The position numbers and the translations under genes were made by a program. The notes beneath the pieces are model-generated. The model did no database searches. It was given only the letters and a program-made list of their open reading frames with translations, and had not been told where the DNA came from. A DNA stretch of 43,928 nucleotides, taken from an uncultured archaeon (GTDB lineage Archaea; Asgardarchaeota; Lokiarchaeia; Sigyniarchaeales; SOKP01). This document shows, one piece after another, positions 28,837 through 38,844 of this stretch. Numbering within the stretch: the first letter of the stretch is position 1; every line of letters begins with the position of its first letter. The stretch is from contig CAZGJX010000023.1 of the NCBI GenBank assembly GCA_964525635.1, forward strand, positions 1 through 43,928. Reading direction: 5' to 3'.

Positions 28837-30135
28837 TTAGATATACATAAATGGTGTTTTTGATGTTTTATGAATATAATCCATTTTCCTTATTATCTTT
28901 TCTTTTTCTTTAAAACAATTATCTATCATAAAATTTATTTTTTCTTCTATTTCCTTTTTTTCAAATTTGTTTCTAATATCAAAATAATATTCCAATTGAT
29001 CAAATTCTTTCATTAATTCTTGGTATTTATTAGCCCAACTGATAACAATAGCAGGAGTTCCTAGTTTATATGAAGTGACAATAGAATGATAGCGAGAGGC
29101 AACCATGAATTCAAATTGTGTTATGAGTTTTTCAAGTTTTAATATGGTAAAGTCTTGCCTAAGTAAGATAACTCTCTCATTTTCTGAAAATATCTTCTTT
29201 AATCTTTCACAAATATATAAATCTTCTTCAGAATGTGAGAGTAAATAAACATTTTTATCGTTTTGAATTAATTTATTTATCAAAATATGATATAATTCAT
29301 AGAATTCTTTTTCGTTTATTCTTTGAATTATTCTAATATTTGGTATTATCCCAATAGAATCAGATTTTATTTTAATTATATTAATATTTTTCTTCTCTTG
29401 ATATATATTTTTTAAGTTGTATTCTTTATTTGTAAGAACAATATCCCAAGATTTAATAACATCTTTTTTCCTCAAACGCAAAACATATTTTAACCCATCA
29501 AACTCTCTCACAAATACAATATTTGGATATTTTAAATAATATTTTGATAATGTAAAAAAGATCAATTTAGTAAACACTGAAAAATCAAATGGACCTATTG
29601 ATTGAGGAAAAATGTAATAATCAATATTGTATTTTTGTGCAATCATTATATCTAAAATGGATGAAATCCAGAGTTGACCCATCTGAGAGGTAATTCTATA
29701 TCCACTAATATCAACTATTAATTGTGTTTTTTTGAGTATTTTTTTGATTTTTCTTTCTAATTTAGAATATTCTCTGTAATAAAAAAATAAATATCGATTG
29801 AGGAGATTTGTTAGTCTAATTCTTAATTCATTAGACCATGGTAGAGTTTTAAATTTGAAGAGTTTGTCATTAACTTTTTTGTAATCTCTGTCCAAAAGCA
29901 CGTAGATATTCTTGTTTGGGTATTTTTCCTTAATGATATTTATTGATGTAAAAATCATTGCTTGAGCTCCTTTATTGAAGAAATTAGCTCCTATAATAAG
30001 AATATTTTCTTTGCTCGAAGGTTGTTGTTTGTTTTTTTTAAAGATTTTAATAAAAGGAGTTTCCAGTAATAATAAAAGAGGTAAGACATGTTGACCAATG
30101 TTATTTAATATATTTTGTACCTTTAGATTCATCAT
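28837..30135 (-). CDS. polysaccharide pyruvyl transferase (WcaK-like)
   Basis: NKGAQAM, PQSIGPF, FVRE, ASRYHS and ISWANK motifs. Confidence 0.9.
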   Translation of the reverse strand: MMNLKVQNILNNIGQHVLPLLLLLETPFIKIFKKNKQQPSSKENILIIGANFFNKGAQAMIFTSINIIKEKYPNKNIYVLLDRDYKKVNDKLFKFKTLPWSNELRIRLTNLLNRYLFFYYREYSKLERKIKKILKKTQLIVDISGYRITSQMGQLWISSILDIMIAQKYNIDYYIFPQSIGPFDFSVFTKLIFFTLSKYYLKYPNIVFVREFDGLKYVLRLRKKDVIKSWDIVLTNKEYNLKNIYQEKKNINIIKIKSDSIGIIPNIRIIQRINEKEFYELYHILINKLIQNDKNVYLLSHSEEDLYICERLKKIFSENERVILLRQDFTILKLEKLITQFEFMVASRYHSIVTSYKLGTPAIVISWANKYQELMKEFDQLEYYFDIRNKFEKKEIEEKINFMIDNCFKEKEKIIRKMDYIHKTSKTPFMYI

Positions 30136-30271
30136 TATTCAAAAATTAATTTATATATTATTAATTGTAGATAAAATTTATTTTTTTTTTTATATAGTCT
30201 TGAATTCAAAAACATTTTTAGGATGAAATTTTATTTGCTTATTATAAAAATAATAAATCAATAAAAAATAA

Positions 30272-31930
30272 ATGCAAAAACAACAAATACTTAAAGAAGC
30301 TCAAAAAATTGCTTCAAAATATTCTTTTTGGATGGTTTCGGGGGATATATCCCACTTATATGGATATGTTTATGAAACACCAGAGAATAAATATGAACTT
30401 GAAATTAAATTTAATGATAATTTCCCTAATGAACCTCCAGAGTTTATTTATCATGAAAAAATTAAAAGATTATTAGGAGATATTCAACTAAATAGTCTTA
30501 ATAATTGGAATATAAATCAAAGCGTTGTTAATCTTATTGATGAACTTTATGAAAAAATCCAAACTAAGTTAAACCCTCAACCGATAACTAGCGAAAATCA
30601 AGAAGATGAATATATAACTCCTGACCTAGGACTTTATCCAGCAGAAATGGAAATAGATGAATATATAACCCCCTCTACATCTGGAGTTGATCTATTTTAT
30701 TCAGGAGAAGATGAAAAAAATCAAAGATTGGAATCAACTTTAGAATTAAATAATAATGAGAATATTCCTGAAAATATCATAACTTCACCAAAAGAATTAT
30801 TTGTGGACTCAGATACTACCTCTCTGGATATTAATACAGAATTAAGTTTAGTCCAACAAGAATTTGCTTTTGATCATCAAGGAGATGAACTTGCAAATAT
30901 TATTGTTTATCTTACAATAACCTTAACAAAAACATTTTTAATACAAATCAATTTTTCAAATTATCCTAATAAACCAATTATCAATTTTCCTAATGAGGTA
31001 AAAACAATTCTAGGAGATTCCAACAAATCATTGGATATATTAAAAAATTGGAATAAAAAAAATCCTTCTCATATTATAGATTTAATTCATGAAATTGAAA
31101 AGAAACTATATTCAGTAAAAAAAATTGAAACGGAATTAAATAAAATATCTCAAGAATTCCAATATGAAATGCTTTCGGGAAGTATATGTAATATTCAAGT
31201 AAAATTATTAACATATGGATTTAAAGAATATCATGTTATTATTGATTTAGAACCGTATCCTAAACTTCCTATAGTAGAATTGACTTCAGAAACAAGAGAC
31301 ATAATCTGGAAACCTATAAATGAATTGGATTCTATTAAAAATTGGAAAGAAAATGAATCAGAATCTGTTGAAATAATTAGAGAAATATCGTGGTTAATAG
31401 ATAAAAATTCTCGAATCAATTTTGAAATAGATTTATTGAAAGAACATTATAAAAATATCAAATATGATATTCTTAGTAACACAATAAATATAGATATGAA
31501 AGGGAAAATGAAATCAGAAGATCTAACTTTTGAATTTCAAATAGAATTACCAAAAGAATATCCCTTAACAATTCCAAAAATATCTGTTTTGAATGAATTT
31601 GAATTAGAGACTCATGAAAAAATTAAAAATGATCTTAATGATTCCTTTAAAGACTTTTATAATGACTGGAATCCATATCATTATTTAGTTGATCTTTTTA
31701 ATTTGATTTCTAAGAAAATATTCGAAGTGTCTGTTGTTTCATGTGTAATATGTCATAAGATTGAATGTCCAACTTGTACTGTAAGAATAGCGGGTTCTGA
31801 TGGAGATGCATGTTATATGGAATGTCCATATTGTGAACGACCCTACCATAAACATTGTTGGGAACAAACAATCTCCTCTTTCCGAAAGTGCGGCTTTTGT
31901 TTGAAGACCCCTCCCCCAGACTTTTTTTAA
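30272..31930 (+). CDS. protein with four UBC/UEV/RWD-like domains and a C-terminal C4HC3 RING; candidate E3 ubiquitin ligase
   Basis: Four (Y/F)PxxxP/YPxxP turns (FPNEPP, YPNKP, YPKLP, YPLTIP), each followed by a W-helix; CPTC..CPYC-x4-H-x2-C..CGFC. Confidence 0.75.
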   Translation: MQKQQILKEAQKIASKYSFWMVSGDISHLYGYVYETPENKYELEIKFNDNFPNEPPEFIYHEKIKRLLGDIQLNSLNNWNINQSVVNLIDELYEKIQTKLNPQPITSENQEDEYITPDLGLYPAEMEIDEYITPSTSGVDLFYSGEDEKNQRLESTLELNNNENIPENIITSPKELFVDSDTTSLDINTELSLVQQEFAFDHQGDELANIIVYLTITLTKTFLIQINFSNYPNKPIINFPNEVKTILGDSNKSLDILKNWNKKNPSHIIDLIHEIEKKLYSVKKIETELNKISQEFQYEMLSGSICNIQVKLLTYGFKEYHVIIDLEPYPKLPIVELTSETRDIIWKPINELDSIKNWKENESESVEIIREISWLIDKNSRINFEIDLLKEHYKNIKYDILSNTINIDMKGKMKSEDLTFEFQIELPKEYPLTIPKISVLNEFELETHEKIKNDLNDSFKDFYNDWNPYHYLVDLFNLISKKIFEVSVVSCVICHKIECPTCTVRIAGSDGDACYMECPYCERPYHKHCWEQTISSFRKCGFCLKTPPPDFF

Positions 31931-32075
31931 GTAAAATAAAATAGATATTTTCAATATTATATTGCTTTTGTAAAAAATATAAACTCTTTTAAATTATTGC
32001 TACGTAAGATTTGATTAAATTTTTTAATTTTTCCATATTATTTTAAATAATTATATATAAATATTTGATAATATC

Positions 32076-35000
32076 GTGGAACCATTAAATAAAAACTTAG
32101 ATCTATTGAAAATAGAAGAAAATATATTAAAATTTTGGCTTGATAAAGATATTTATTCCAAAATTAAAGCCAGAGAAGAAGGAAAGGAAGTATGGCGGTT
32201 TATAGATGGTCCTCCTTATACAACAGGTTCAATCCATCTCGGTACTGCATGGAATAAAATTATGAAAGATTATCTTATACGATATAAAAGAATGCAGGGA
32301 TATAAAGTAACAGATACTCCTGGATATGATACACATGGCTTACCAATTGAAGTACAAATGGAAAAAATCTTAAAAATTAAGAATAAGCAGGAAATTTTGA
32401 ATTATGGGATAGATAAATTCATAAAGAAATGCAAAGAATTTGCCCAAGAAAATCTCAAAGTTATGAATGAACAATTTAAACGACTAGGAGTTTACTTTTG
32501 GGACTGGGAAAATCCATATATCACATTTAAAAATAGCTATATTGAAGGGATTTGGTGGACTCTTAAAAAAGCATGGGATAAAGGATTATTATATCAATTT
32601 TATAGACCATTAAATTGCTGTCCAAGATGTGCTACGGCTCTTGCCAAACATGAGCATGAATATTTAAATGTTAAAGATACTAGTATTTTTGTTAAATTCA
32701 AATCTACTGAACTTGAAAAAACATATTTTATTATTTGGACAACCACTCCTTGGACACTTGTAGCGAATACAGCAATAATGGTAAATCCAATAGCAGAATA
32801 TGCTAAAGTCTATATTAAAGATTTAGATGAATATTGGATTTTATCTAAGAATTCTATTACCTTCTTTATTTCAGGGCAATTAGGATATAAATATAAAATT
32901 GAAAAAGATTATTATGGTGAAGAATTAGAAGGTATGAAATATGAACATCCATTGTTGACAGAAGTACCATATCAAATAGAATTAGCGAAAAAAGATGAAA
33001 AAGTACATTCAATACTTCTATCAGAAGAATATGTCTCTGCTTCTGAGGGGGTTGGGCTAGTTCACACAGCACCTGGACATGGTCCAGAAGATTTTGAAGT
33101 AGGTGTAAAATATGGATTACCAATATTCAATCCCGTTGAGATCACAGGTCTTTATAATGAAAAAGGAGGCAAGTTTCAAGGAAAAAATGTTTTTGATACA
33201 AATCAGGAAATTATTGATATTTTACAAAAAAAAGGTACTCTGATAGATTCTGATGAAATTGAACATGAATATGCTCATTGCTGGAGATGTAAATCTAAAT
33301 TAGTATATAGAGCTACAGATCAATGGTTTTTCAAAACGGAAAGTCTTATCTCGAAATTACTTGAAAAAAATGAAGAAATTTATTGGGTTCCACAATGGGC
33401 AGGAGATAAATGGTTTAAAAGTTGGTTATCTACATTAAAAGATTGGTGTATTTCTAGACAACGTTTTTGGGGAATCCCCCTAAGTGTATGGATCTGTGAT
33501 AATAAAGAATGTCGTGATATTGAAGTAATAGGATCAGCTAAAGAATTAAAGAAATTAGCTGGAGAGTGTCCTGATGATTTACATCGGCCTTGGGTAGATG
33601 AGTTAACTTGGAAATGCAAAAAATGTAATAAAGGTATTAAAAAAAGAATTCCAGATATTTTAGATGTTTGGTTGGATTCTGGTTCAGTGATGTGGGCAGC
33701 CCAAGAAGTTTATGATGGAAAAAGTCATTATGATTCATGGATACCTGCGAATTTTATAATTGAAGGAAAAGACCAAATAAGAGGATGGTTTAATAGTCTT
33801 TTATGTAGTGCTATGGTCTCTTCTGATCGAAAAAATTATGAAGCTTGCTTTATGCATGGTTGGGTCTTAAGAGAAGGTCAGAAAATGAGTAAATCTATTG
33901 GTAATTTTATTAAACCAGAAGATTTAATTAATGGTAGTCTTAAAGATCTCCAGAAGAATAAGGCCTATTCCAAAATTAAGGGTGCAGAACCATTTCGTTT
34001 TTATTGCATTGGAGCTACTCAAGCGGGTAGAGATTTGAATTTTGGTATAAAGGAATATGCTGATACATTTAGAGTAATAAATACTATTTGGAACAGTTAT
34101 GTATATGCTAATGAAAAATTTAGATTAGCTAAATTTAATCCTTCTAACCATAAGTATGAATTAAAAAAATTGAATAAAACGGATAAATGGCTTCTTTCAA
34201 GGCTAAATTCAACAATAAAAGAGATCACAGAATTATCAAATGATTATAAACTTCCTTTAATACCTGATAAATTAAGGGATTTAATTGTTAATGATATAAG
34301 TAGATGGTATATTATTTTAATTCGTGATAAAATAGATGTATATTCTGAAGATTCTGAAAAATATCAGATAATGGCTTTATTATTTGACGTTTTATATAAG
34401 GTCCTATTATTATTAGCACCAATTAATCCGATGATGTCTGAAGAAATATATCATAAAATGTTTAAGCCCTGTTTAAAATCAATGAATTTGGAAGAGACTG
34501 AGAGTATTCATTTACAAAATTGGCCAAAAATAGAGGAGAATTTGATTGATTTGGAATTAGAGAATCAGATGGTAATCGCTCAAGAAATAATTGAAGTAGC
34601 TCGATCTTTAAAAGATGAAAATAGAATCAGACTAAGATGGCCAAATACAAAAATTGTAATAGAATCAAAAGATAAATTATCTAAAATAGAGTTCACAGAA
34701 ATTATAGAAAAAATGGTAAATGTTAAAAAATTAGAAATTGTCAAATCATTTAAAGCAGATGATAATTATGTTCAAACAGAGTCAAAATATGGTACTATTT
34801 ATTTGGATACCAGTGTTAATGATGATATTCTTACGGAACGAGTCATTAATGATTTAATCAGAAATATTCAGTTTTCAAGGAAAAAAAATAATTTTAAAGT
34901 TGGTGAAGAAATTTCTCTTAAAATTGGAGTCAATACAGACTATTTAAAAAAATATATTGATAATTTAGATACTTTTATTTCTGATAAGGTTTCAGCAAGT

Positions 35001-35216
35001 GATCTTGAAATTATTGAAGGAGATTTGATAGAGAAAGATAATATTGTGATTAAGGAATTAATAGTATGTCCCAATAAAGTGTGTTCTGCTTCGTTGAAAG
35101 ATAATACTATTAACAAAATGGATAAAAAATCAGATATAAAATGCCCCCATTGTAAATCTGTATTAACACACGATAATATAAAAAAGATTAAATTTATGTT
35201 TGAGAGGAAAAAATAA
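32076..35216 (+). CDS. ileS: isoleucyl-tRNA synthetase (archaeal/eukaryotic type)
   Basis: DGPPY, HLGT (HIGH), GYDTHGLPIE, WTTTPWTL, DWCISRQRFWG, EGKDQIRGWF and KMSKS motifs. Confidence 0.97.
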   Translation: MEPLNKNLDLLKIEENILKFWLDKDIYSKIKAREEGKEVWRFIDGPPYTTGSIHLGTAWNKIMKDYLIRYKRMQGYKVTDTPGYDTHGLPIEVQMEKILKIKNKQEILNYGIDKFIKKCKEFAQENLKVMNEQFKRLGVYFWDWENPYITFKNSYIEGIWWTLKKAWDKGLLYQFYRPLNCCPRCATALAKHEHEYLNVKDTSIFVKFKSTELEKTYFIIWTTTPWTLVANTAIMVNPIAEYAKVYIKDLDEYWILSKNSITFFISGQLGYKYKIEKDYYGEELEGMKYEHPLLTEVPYQIELAKKDEKVHSILLSEEYVSASEGVGLVHTAPGHGPEDFEVGVKYGLPIFNPVEITGLYNEKGGKFQGKNVFDTNQEIIDILQKKGTLIDSDEIEHEYAHCWRCKSKLVYRATDQWFFKTESLISKLLEKNEEIYWVPQWAGDKWFKSWLSTLKDWCISRQRFWGIPLSVWICDNKECRDIEVIGSAKELKKLAGECPDDLHRPWVDELTWKCKKCNKGIKKRIPDILDVWLDSGSVMWAAQEVYDGKSHYDSWIPANFIIEGKDQIRGWFNSLLCSAMVSSDRKNYEACFMHGWVLREGQKMSKSIGNFIKPEDLINGSLKDLQKNKAYSKIKGAEPFRFYCIGATQAGRDLNFGIKEYADTFRVINTIWNSYVYANEKFRLAKFNPSNHKYELKKLNKTDKWLLSRLNSTIKEITELSNDYKLPLIPDKLRDLIVNDISRWYIILIRDKIDVYSEDSEKYQIMALLFDVLYKVLLLLAPINPMMSEEIYHKMFKPCLKSMNLEETESIHLQNWPKIEENLIDLELENQMVIAQEIIEVARSLKDENRIRLRWPNTKIVIESKDKLSKIEFTEIIEKMVNVKKLEIVKSFKADDNYVQTESKYGTIYLDTSVNDDILTERVINDLIRNIQFSRKKNNFKVGEEISLKIGVNTDYLKKYIDNLDTFISDKVSASDLEIIEGDLIEKDNIVIKELIVCPNKVCSASLKDNTINKMDKKSDIKCPHCKSVLTHDNIKKIKFMFERKK

Positions 35217-35218
35217 AT

Positions 35219-36298
35219 TTAAGATACATTAATAAAATATCTTTTATTTTGGATTATTTTTTTTTTAGAATGATATTCTATCCAATAATCAAACATCTCT
35301 TTCAAGAGGACTTCAATTGATTGAGTTATTTTAAATCCTAATTCTGTTTTTATTTTTGTATTATCTCCTAAGATGATATCTTCATCATTTTTTCTTAATT
35401 TATTAGGAGTATTTTCTTTGATTTGAATATTCTTTGAACAAAAACTCAAACAAATTTCTAATATTTTTCTAATTTGAATTTTTCTATTGGAGCATATATT
35501 GTAAGTTTCACCTGATTTTCCCTTTTTAGTTGCCAACCAAATCGCTTGAATTGAATCTTTATAACTTGTTATATCCCTATATGAATTTAGATTTCCTACT
35601 TCTATAATGGGTTCTCCTAAATTTAATTCAGTTTGAACTATTTTTTGAATGAAATCAGAACAAGCATCATTTAATTTCCTTGGTCCTGTTTGATTAAAAA
35701 ATCTAAGATTAATAATATCAATACCAAAATTTAGAAAATATTGTTTAGCAAGGAGTTCAGTTGAGATTTTACTTATTCCATAAGGATGAATTGCTTTTAA
35801 GGGATCTGATTCTTTTAATGCTCTATTAATTTCCTTAGCAGTAATACCATATTCTGCACTAGAACATGCTACAATTACTCTACATTCAATATTATGTTTT
35901 TTTAAAGGTTCAAATATATTAATTGTACCTATAACGTTTGTTTGAATTGTCTCTCGAGGATTATCCCACGATTGTATGACATATGGTTGAGCTGCAAAAT
36001 GATAAATAAGATCTGGTTTGATTTCAATTATTATTTTTTCTAATAATTCTGAATCATTCATATCACACTCAAAAATCTTTAATTTATTTTCTGTGGTAGG
36101 AATCTCAATATTTTTCAATAAATATTCTAATTTTTCATTCTTTGAGAATTTTCTTTTATTGTTTGTATAATGGAATAAATTTTCAATTATACCATTGGAT
36201 CTTTTTAAAGCAAAAATAGAATATCCTTTATTTATAAGAAAATCAGTCAAATGAGAACCTAAAAATCCATCAGAACCCGTTATTAAAATAGTCTTCAT
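35219..36298 (-). CDS. GDP-mannose/heptose 4,6-dehydratase or reductase family SDR
   Basis: TGSDGFLGS, HFAAQ, SSAEYG, YGISK, FNQTGP and VGNL.S.RD motifs. Confidence 0.88.
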   Translation of the reverse strand: MKTILITGSDGFLGSHLTDFLINKGYSIFALKRSNGIIENLFHYTNNKRKFSKNEKLEYLLKNIEIPTTENKLKIFECDMNDSELLEKIIIEIKPDLIYHFAAQPYVIQSWDNPRETIQTNVIGTINIFEPLKKHNIECRVIVACSSAEYGITAKEINRALKESDPLKAIHPYGISKISTELLAKQYFLNFGIDIINLRFFNQTGPRKLNDACSDFIQKIVQTELNLGEPIIEVGNLNSYRDITSYKDSIQAIWLATKKGKSGETYNICSNRKIQIRKILEICLSFCSKNIQIKENTPNKLRKNDEDIILGDNTKIKTELGFKITQSIEVLLKEMFDYWIEYHSKKKIIQNKRYFINVS

Positions 36299-36520
36299 TT
36301 ATTATGTCATATAATTTTTTTTTGTTTAATCTAATTATTCATGAAATCCTTCTGATAGATAGAATGTGATTTTAATCATTAAATTTATGGAATTATTTTT
36401 GATATGATAAATACGTTAAAACTACACGTAAACATTTCTGTTAAAATTTCTGAATATTGAATCATAATATTGATAAAATTGATAAAACATCAATAATTAG
36501 TTCATAAACAGATATAAAGA

Positions 36521-37543
36521 GTGAATATTATGATTATTAGGTCAAAAGCTCCTTTTAGAGTAAGTTTTGGAGGAGGTGGCACAGATATGCCTCCTTATTG
36601 TGTTAATCATGGTGGTTGTGTTATAAGTACTACAATAGATCGTCATGTTTTTGTTACAATTGAACCAAGGAATGACAATAAGATCAATATTATGGCACTT
36701 AATTTTAATGAGGAATTAAGTTTTGAAATAGGTGATAATGATTATTCTGGAAAGTATGAAATAATTAAGGGTGTCGTTAATGTTCTAGATGTAAATGATG
36801 GATTTAATATCACTATATATTCTGAAATGCCCGCTGGATCTGGTATGGGAGGATCCTCATCTTTAGCAGTAGCTTTAATCGGTGCTTTTAATGAATATTA
36901 TAATTTAGGATATAATCGACATGAAATTAGTCAAAATGCTTATAATATTGAAAGAATTGAATTAAAACAGAAGGGAGGGTATCAAGATCAATTTGCTGCA
37001 ACATATGGGAGCTTTAATTATATTGAATTTACTAATGAAGTGAAAGTTTTACCAATTAACACAACAGATGATATAATAAACGAATTACAATATTGTATGA
37101 TATTGTGTTATATTGGAGGTTCACATTTTTCTTCAGAGATTCAAGATGAGGTTTTAAAAGGTTATACAATAGAAAAGAAGTCATATATGGAATCTATGGA
37201 TGATTTAAAAAAAGTAGCTCTCGGAATGAAGGAAATAGTAGAATCAAAAAAATTAAATGAGATTTATAAATTCGGTGAATTTTTACATCAAGGATGGTTA
37301 GCTAAAAAAAGTCTAAGTGATAAAATATCCAATAAAAATATTGAGAATTTTTATATAACTTCAAGGAAATTTGGAGTAATAGGGGGTAAACTATTGGGAG
37401 CTGGAGGTGGAGGACATCTTTTATTGTTTTCAAATCCAATACACAAATCTAAAGTAATTCAAGAATTAGAAAAGATAGGGGGAAAAATAATAAATTTTCA
37501 TTTTAATCCAAAAGGTTTAGAGGTTTGGAACATTAAAGATTGA
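36521..37543 (+). CDS. hddA: D-glycero-alpha-D-manno-heptose-7-phosphate kinase (GHMP family)
   Basis: APFRVSFGGGGTD, PAGSGMGGSS, GGYQDQ and GGKLLGAGGGG motifs; adjacent to gmhA. Confidence 0.88.
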   Translation: MNIMIIRSKAPFRVSFGGGGTDMPPYCVNHGGCVISTTIDRHVFVTIEPRNDNKINIMALNFNEELSFEIGDNDYSGKYEIIKGVVNVLDVNDGFNITIYSEMPAGSGMGGSSSLAVALIGAFNEYYNLGYNRHEISQNAYNIERIELKQKGGYQDQFAATYGSFNYIEFTNEVKVLPINTTDDIINELQYCMILCYIGGSHFSSEIQDEVLKGYTIEKKSYMESMDDLKKVALGMKEIVESKKLNEIYKFGEFLHQGWLAKKSLSDKISNKNIENFYITSRKFGVIGGKLLGAGGGGHLLLFSNPIHKSKVIQELEKIGGKIINFHFNPKGLEVWNIKD

Positions 37544-37637
37544 TTATTTTTTATTATATTAGAGATATCTTTTTTATTTTTTCCTTATTTATCTAATTAA
37601 ATCTATAAAAAAATAATAAATAAACAAAGTAGATCTT

Positions 37638-38204
37638 ATGGAAAATGAAATCATTGCGATTTTAAGCGAATCAATAAGAATAAAAGAAGAATTAAAGAAG
37701 TATGTTACTATAATATCAAATATAGCAAGGGAAATAATTGAAGCTTACAGAAGGAAAAATAAAGTTGTATTATTTGGGAATGGAGGAAGTGCTGCTGATG
37801 CTCAACACATTGCCACTGAATTTGTGGGGAAATTTTATTTGGAAAGGGATTCTCTACCAGCTTTAGCATTAACTACTAACACCTCAAGTATAACCGCAAC
37901 AGCTAATGATTTTGGATACGTAAATGTGTTTGAGAGACAAGTTTCTTCACTTGTTAGTCAAGGAGATGTTGTATTAGGTATTAGTACCTCTGGTAATTCC
38001 CCAAATGTAATAAAAGGTTTGGAAAAAGCAAAAGAATTAGGAGCAATTACCATTGGATTTACAGGAGAGAAAGAAAATAAGATAGAAAAGATTGTTGATT
38101 ATTGCTTAAAAGTACCTTCAACAGATACACCCCGAATTCAAGAAGGTCATATTACTGTAGGTCATATTATTTGTTTTTTAGTCGAGAAAGAGCTTTTTAA
38201 TTAA
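37638..38204 (+). CDS. gmhA: sedoheptulose-7-phosphate isomerase
   Basis: GNGGSAADAQH, TANDFGY, ISTSGNS and RIQEGH motifs. Confidence 0.96.
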   Translation: MENEIIAILSESIRIKEELKKYVTIISNIAREIIEAYRRKNKVVLFGNGGSAADAQHIATEFVGKFYLERDSLPALALTTNTSSITATANDFGYVNVFERQVSSLVSQGDVVLGISTSGNSPNVIKGLEKAKELGAITIGFTGEKENKIEKIVDYCLKVPSTDTPRIQEGHITVGHIICFLVEKELFN

Positions 38205-38215
38205 AGGGATTATTT

Positions 38216-38839
38216 ATGAAAAAAGTAGCAGTTGCACTGCATGCTAAAGATGATTTTAAAATTGAAATAATATCAAATCTGTGTAATTTGGACTTCATAC
38301 ATGTAGATGTTATGGATGGTATTTTTGTGAATAATATCATGCTTAATCTAGATATATTCAAGGTATTAAAAAAACATGTAAACATTCCGATAATAGCACA
38401 TTTAATGGTTGTAAACCCGATTGATTATATAAGCAAAATATTTAATTATATTGATGCTGTCTTCTTTCATTTCGAAGTAAAACATGATAAACTTTTAATT
38501 ATTAAGAAAATAAAACATCTGGGTAAAAAAATTGGATTAGTTCTTAATCCTCCAACACCTATTTCTAATATAATTCCATTACTTAAAGTCTTAGACTATA
38601 TTTTAATTATGGGTGTGAATCCTGGATGGTCAGGTCAGAAATTTATTCCTGAAATAGTAGATAAAGTTAATTTATTAGCTAATTATAAGAAGAATTATCA
38701 TTTCTTAATTGATGTTGACGGTGGTGTAAATATCGAAAATGCAAAATTACTAAAAAATGCAGATATTTTAAGCAGTTCAAGTACGATATTAAAAGCTGAT
38801 AATCCAAATAAAGTGATAAATTTACTTAAACAAATCTGA
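38216..38839 (+). CDS. rpe: ribulose-phosphate 3-epimerase
   Basis: HVDVMDG.FV.N, HLMV, MGVNPGWSGQ and VDGG motifs. Confidence 0.93.
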   Translation: MKKVAVALHAKDDFKIEIISNLCNLDFIHVDVMDGIFVNNIMLNLDIFKVLKKHVNIPIIAHLMVVNPIDYISKIFNYIDAVFFHFEVKHDKLLIIKKIKHLGKKIGLVLNPPTPISNIIPLLKVLDYILIMGVNPGWSGQKFIPEIVDKVNLLANYKKNYHFLIDVDGGVNIENAKLLKNADILSSSSTILKADNPNKVINLLKQI

Positions 38840-38844
38840 TTTAA

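Noticed and set aside
30272-30571. Active E2 ubiquitin-conjugating enzyme
   Set aside because: No HPN motif, and Gln occupies the catalytic Cys position.
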